Shown piece after piece: positions 63,205 to 64,000 of a stretch of DNA of 64,000 bases (its first letter is position 1; each line of letters opens with the position of its first letter). A program made the translations under genes and the position numbers. The stretch comes from an uncultured delta proteobacterium. Its GTDB lineage: Bacteria > Desulfobacterota > Binatia > UBA9968. The stretch covers positions 39,345 to 103,344 of the forward strand of contig CAVWLW010000002.1 in NCBI GenBank assembly GCA_963755715.1. The letters run 5' to 3'. The notes beneath the pieces were generated by a model, which saw only the letters and a list, made by a program, of their open reading frames with translations, was not told the origin of the DNA and searched no databases.

Positions 63205-63233
63205 ACATTACAAAATTGTGATGCAGGTGTCAA
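63205..63233 (-). promoter_or_regulatory. Sigma70 promoter with overlapping operator; probably leaderless transcript
   Basis: TTGACA-17-TAATGT on the minus strand, 5 nt before the GTG; near-palindrome CATTACAA-AA-TTGTGATG at 63206-63223. Confidence 0.65.
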
Positions 63234-63784
63234 TGCAAAGGGTTGTTGAGCCCGCCGGTGACAAATCACGATCAGGACTACGACGACGGTAGTATCCACA
63301 AATCCGGTTCACGGCACTTCTCCCCACCACGTGCACGGTTTTTATCCTTATCCCTTATCCTTTCCCCCGGCCCCGAGATTCTTTTCAAAATTCTAGGCTG
63401 TAATCCGTTTCGAGCCTGCTTAGGTTAGATTCTCGCGAGAAGTACGTGGCGGCGGAACTTACCTGGCGAGACCAGGAGGCAAACATCATGTCGAAGTGGA
63501 TCGTCGCCCATCTTGGGCGTTAATTTACATTTCGACGTTTCGAGAATTCCCGAAACGTGGAAGTTCCCCGTTCGAGTTGTAATTGTCTTTAACGATTTGA
63601 ACGGGCGCCAGTATTGATTGCCACGATCACGAATCACGAACACGGCCCTTATCCTTTATAAACTCGCCCTTGCCCGAAACCCGCCGAATCTAATAAACTA
63701 CAAAAAACTTTTGGCCAAACCAGGAATGACGCTATAGCCAGATCTCCGCGCGGGATTACGCCGGGAATCACCGTTAAGCGTTGA

Positions 63785-64000
63785 CCTTTGGCTCGACGGC
63801 TCATGAAGCTGCGAAAGTTCAAACCAAGGGATGCGCTTCACGTGGCGTGCGCCCAACACGGTGGATGCGACTTCTTCATTACCTGCGACGATACATTGAT
63901 CCAACGCGCGTCGAGAGGTGGTCGTCAGTCGGTGCTTCAAGTGAAAGTCGTTAATCCGGTGGAATTCATACGAAACGAGGGCAGTCGTTATGGCAAAGGT
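63785..64000 (+). pseudogene. PIN-domain protein C-terminal part (5'-truncated, runs off window end)
   Basis: Read manually: KFKPRDALHVACAQHGGCDFFITCDD...VKVVNPVEFI; in-frame TGA at 63782 upstream. Confidence 0.7.

Larger units (their letters stand above)
55983..63568 (+). repeat. Dispersed 41-bp palindromic direct repeat, 7 copies
   Basis: Consensus CATTTCGACGTTTCGAGAATTCTCGAAACGTGGAAGTTCCC at 55983-56023, 56924-56964, 58872-58908, 59253-59293, 59604-59642 (degenerate), 61195-61235, 63528-63568. Confidence 0.9.

Noticed and set aside
55983-63568. 41-bp palindromic repeat as a CRISPR array
   Set aside because: Spacing is 0.35-2.3 kb and contains genes; no cas genes are present.
55983-63568. 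41-bp repeat as canonical attC, dif site or intrinsic terminator
   Set aside because: No RYYYAAC/GTTRRRY ends, no XerC/XerD arm consensus, and no U-tract after the hairpin.

Overview
GC-rich bacterial genomic DNA with no rRNA, tRNA or CRISPR array detected. The gene content resembles Candidatus Binatia / deltaproteobacteria-like soil genomes (inference, not a database result). About 20 genes are split by single-base indels, which suggests an unpolished long-read assembly. Positions 1-51 kb are catabolic: 12 NitT/TauT-type and 3 iron/polyamine-type solute-binding proteins in the window with no importer permease, 4 amidohydrolases, a Rieske oxygenase, cupins, an amidase, prpC-prpD-prpB divergent from an AcuI-like reductase, a class III CoA-transferase, a thiolase/DUF35 pair, an NDP-forming acyl-CoA synthetase and three atypical crotonases. 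A MacAB-like ABC exporter follows at 51-55.7 kb. Two results stand out. (1) A probable selenoprotein glutathione S-transferase (6417-6977, minus strand) has an in-frame TGA at the catalytic C-P-Y position and a perfect hairpin 11 nt downstream. (2) From 55.8 kb to the window end, toxin-antitoxin genes and 5'-truncated gene remnants are punctuated by seven same-orientation copies of a 41-bp palindromic element. Each copy lies just after a stop codon and is usually followed by the same ordered series of short repeats, suggesting an integron-like but non-attC cassette system. Intergenic regions also hold many REP/MITE families, including an IS1-like MITE with an 8-bp target duplication and a GIY-YIG nuclease gene bracketed by inverted repeats.
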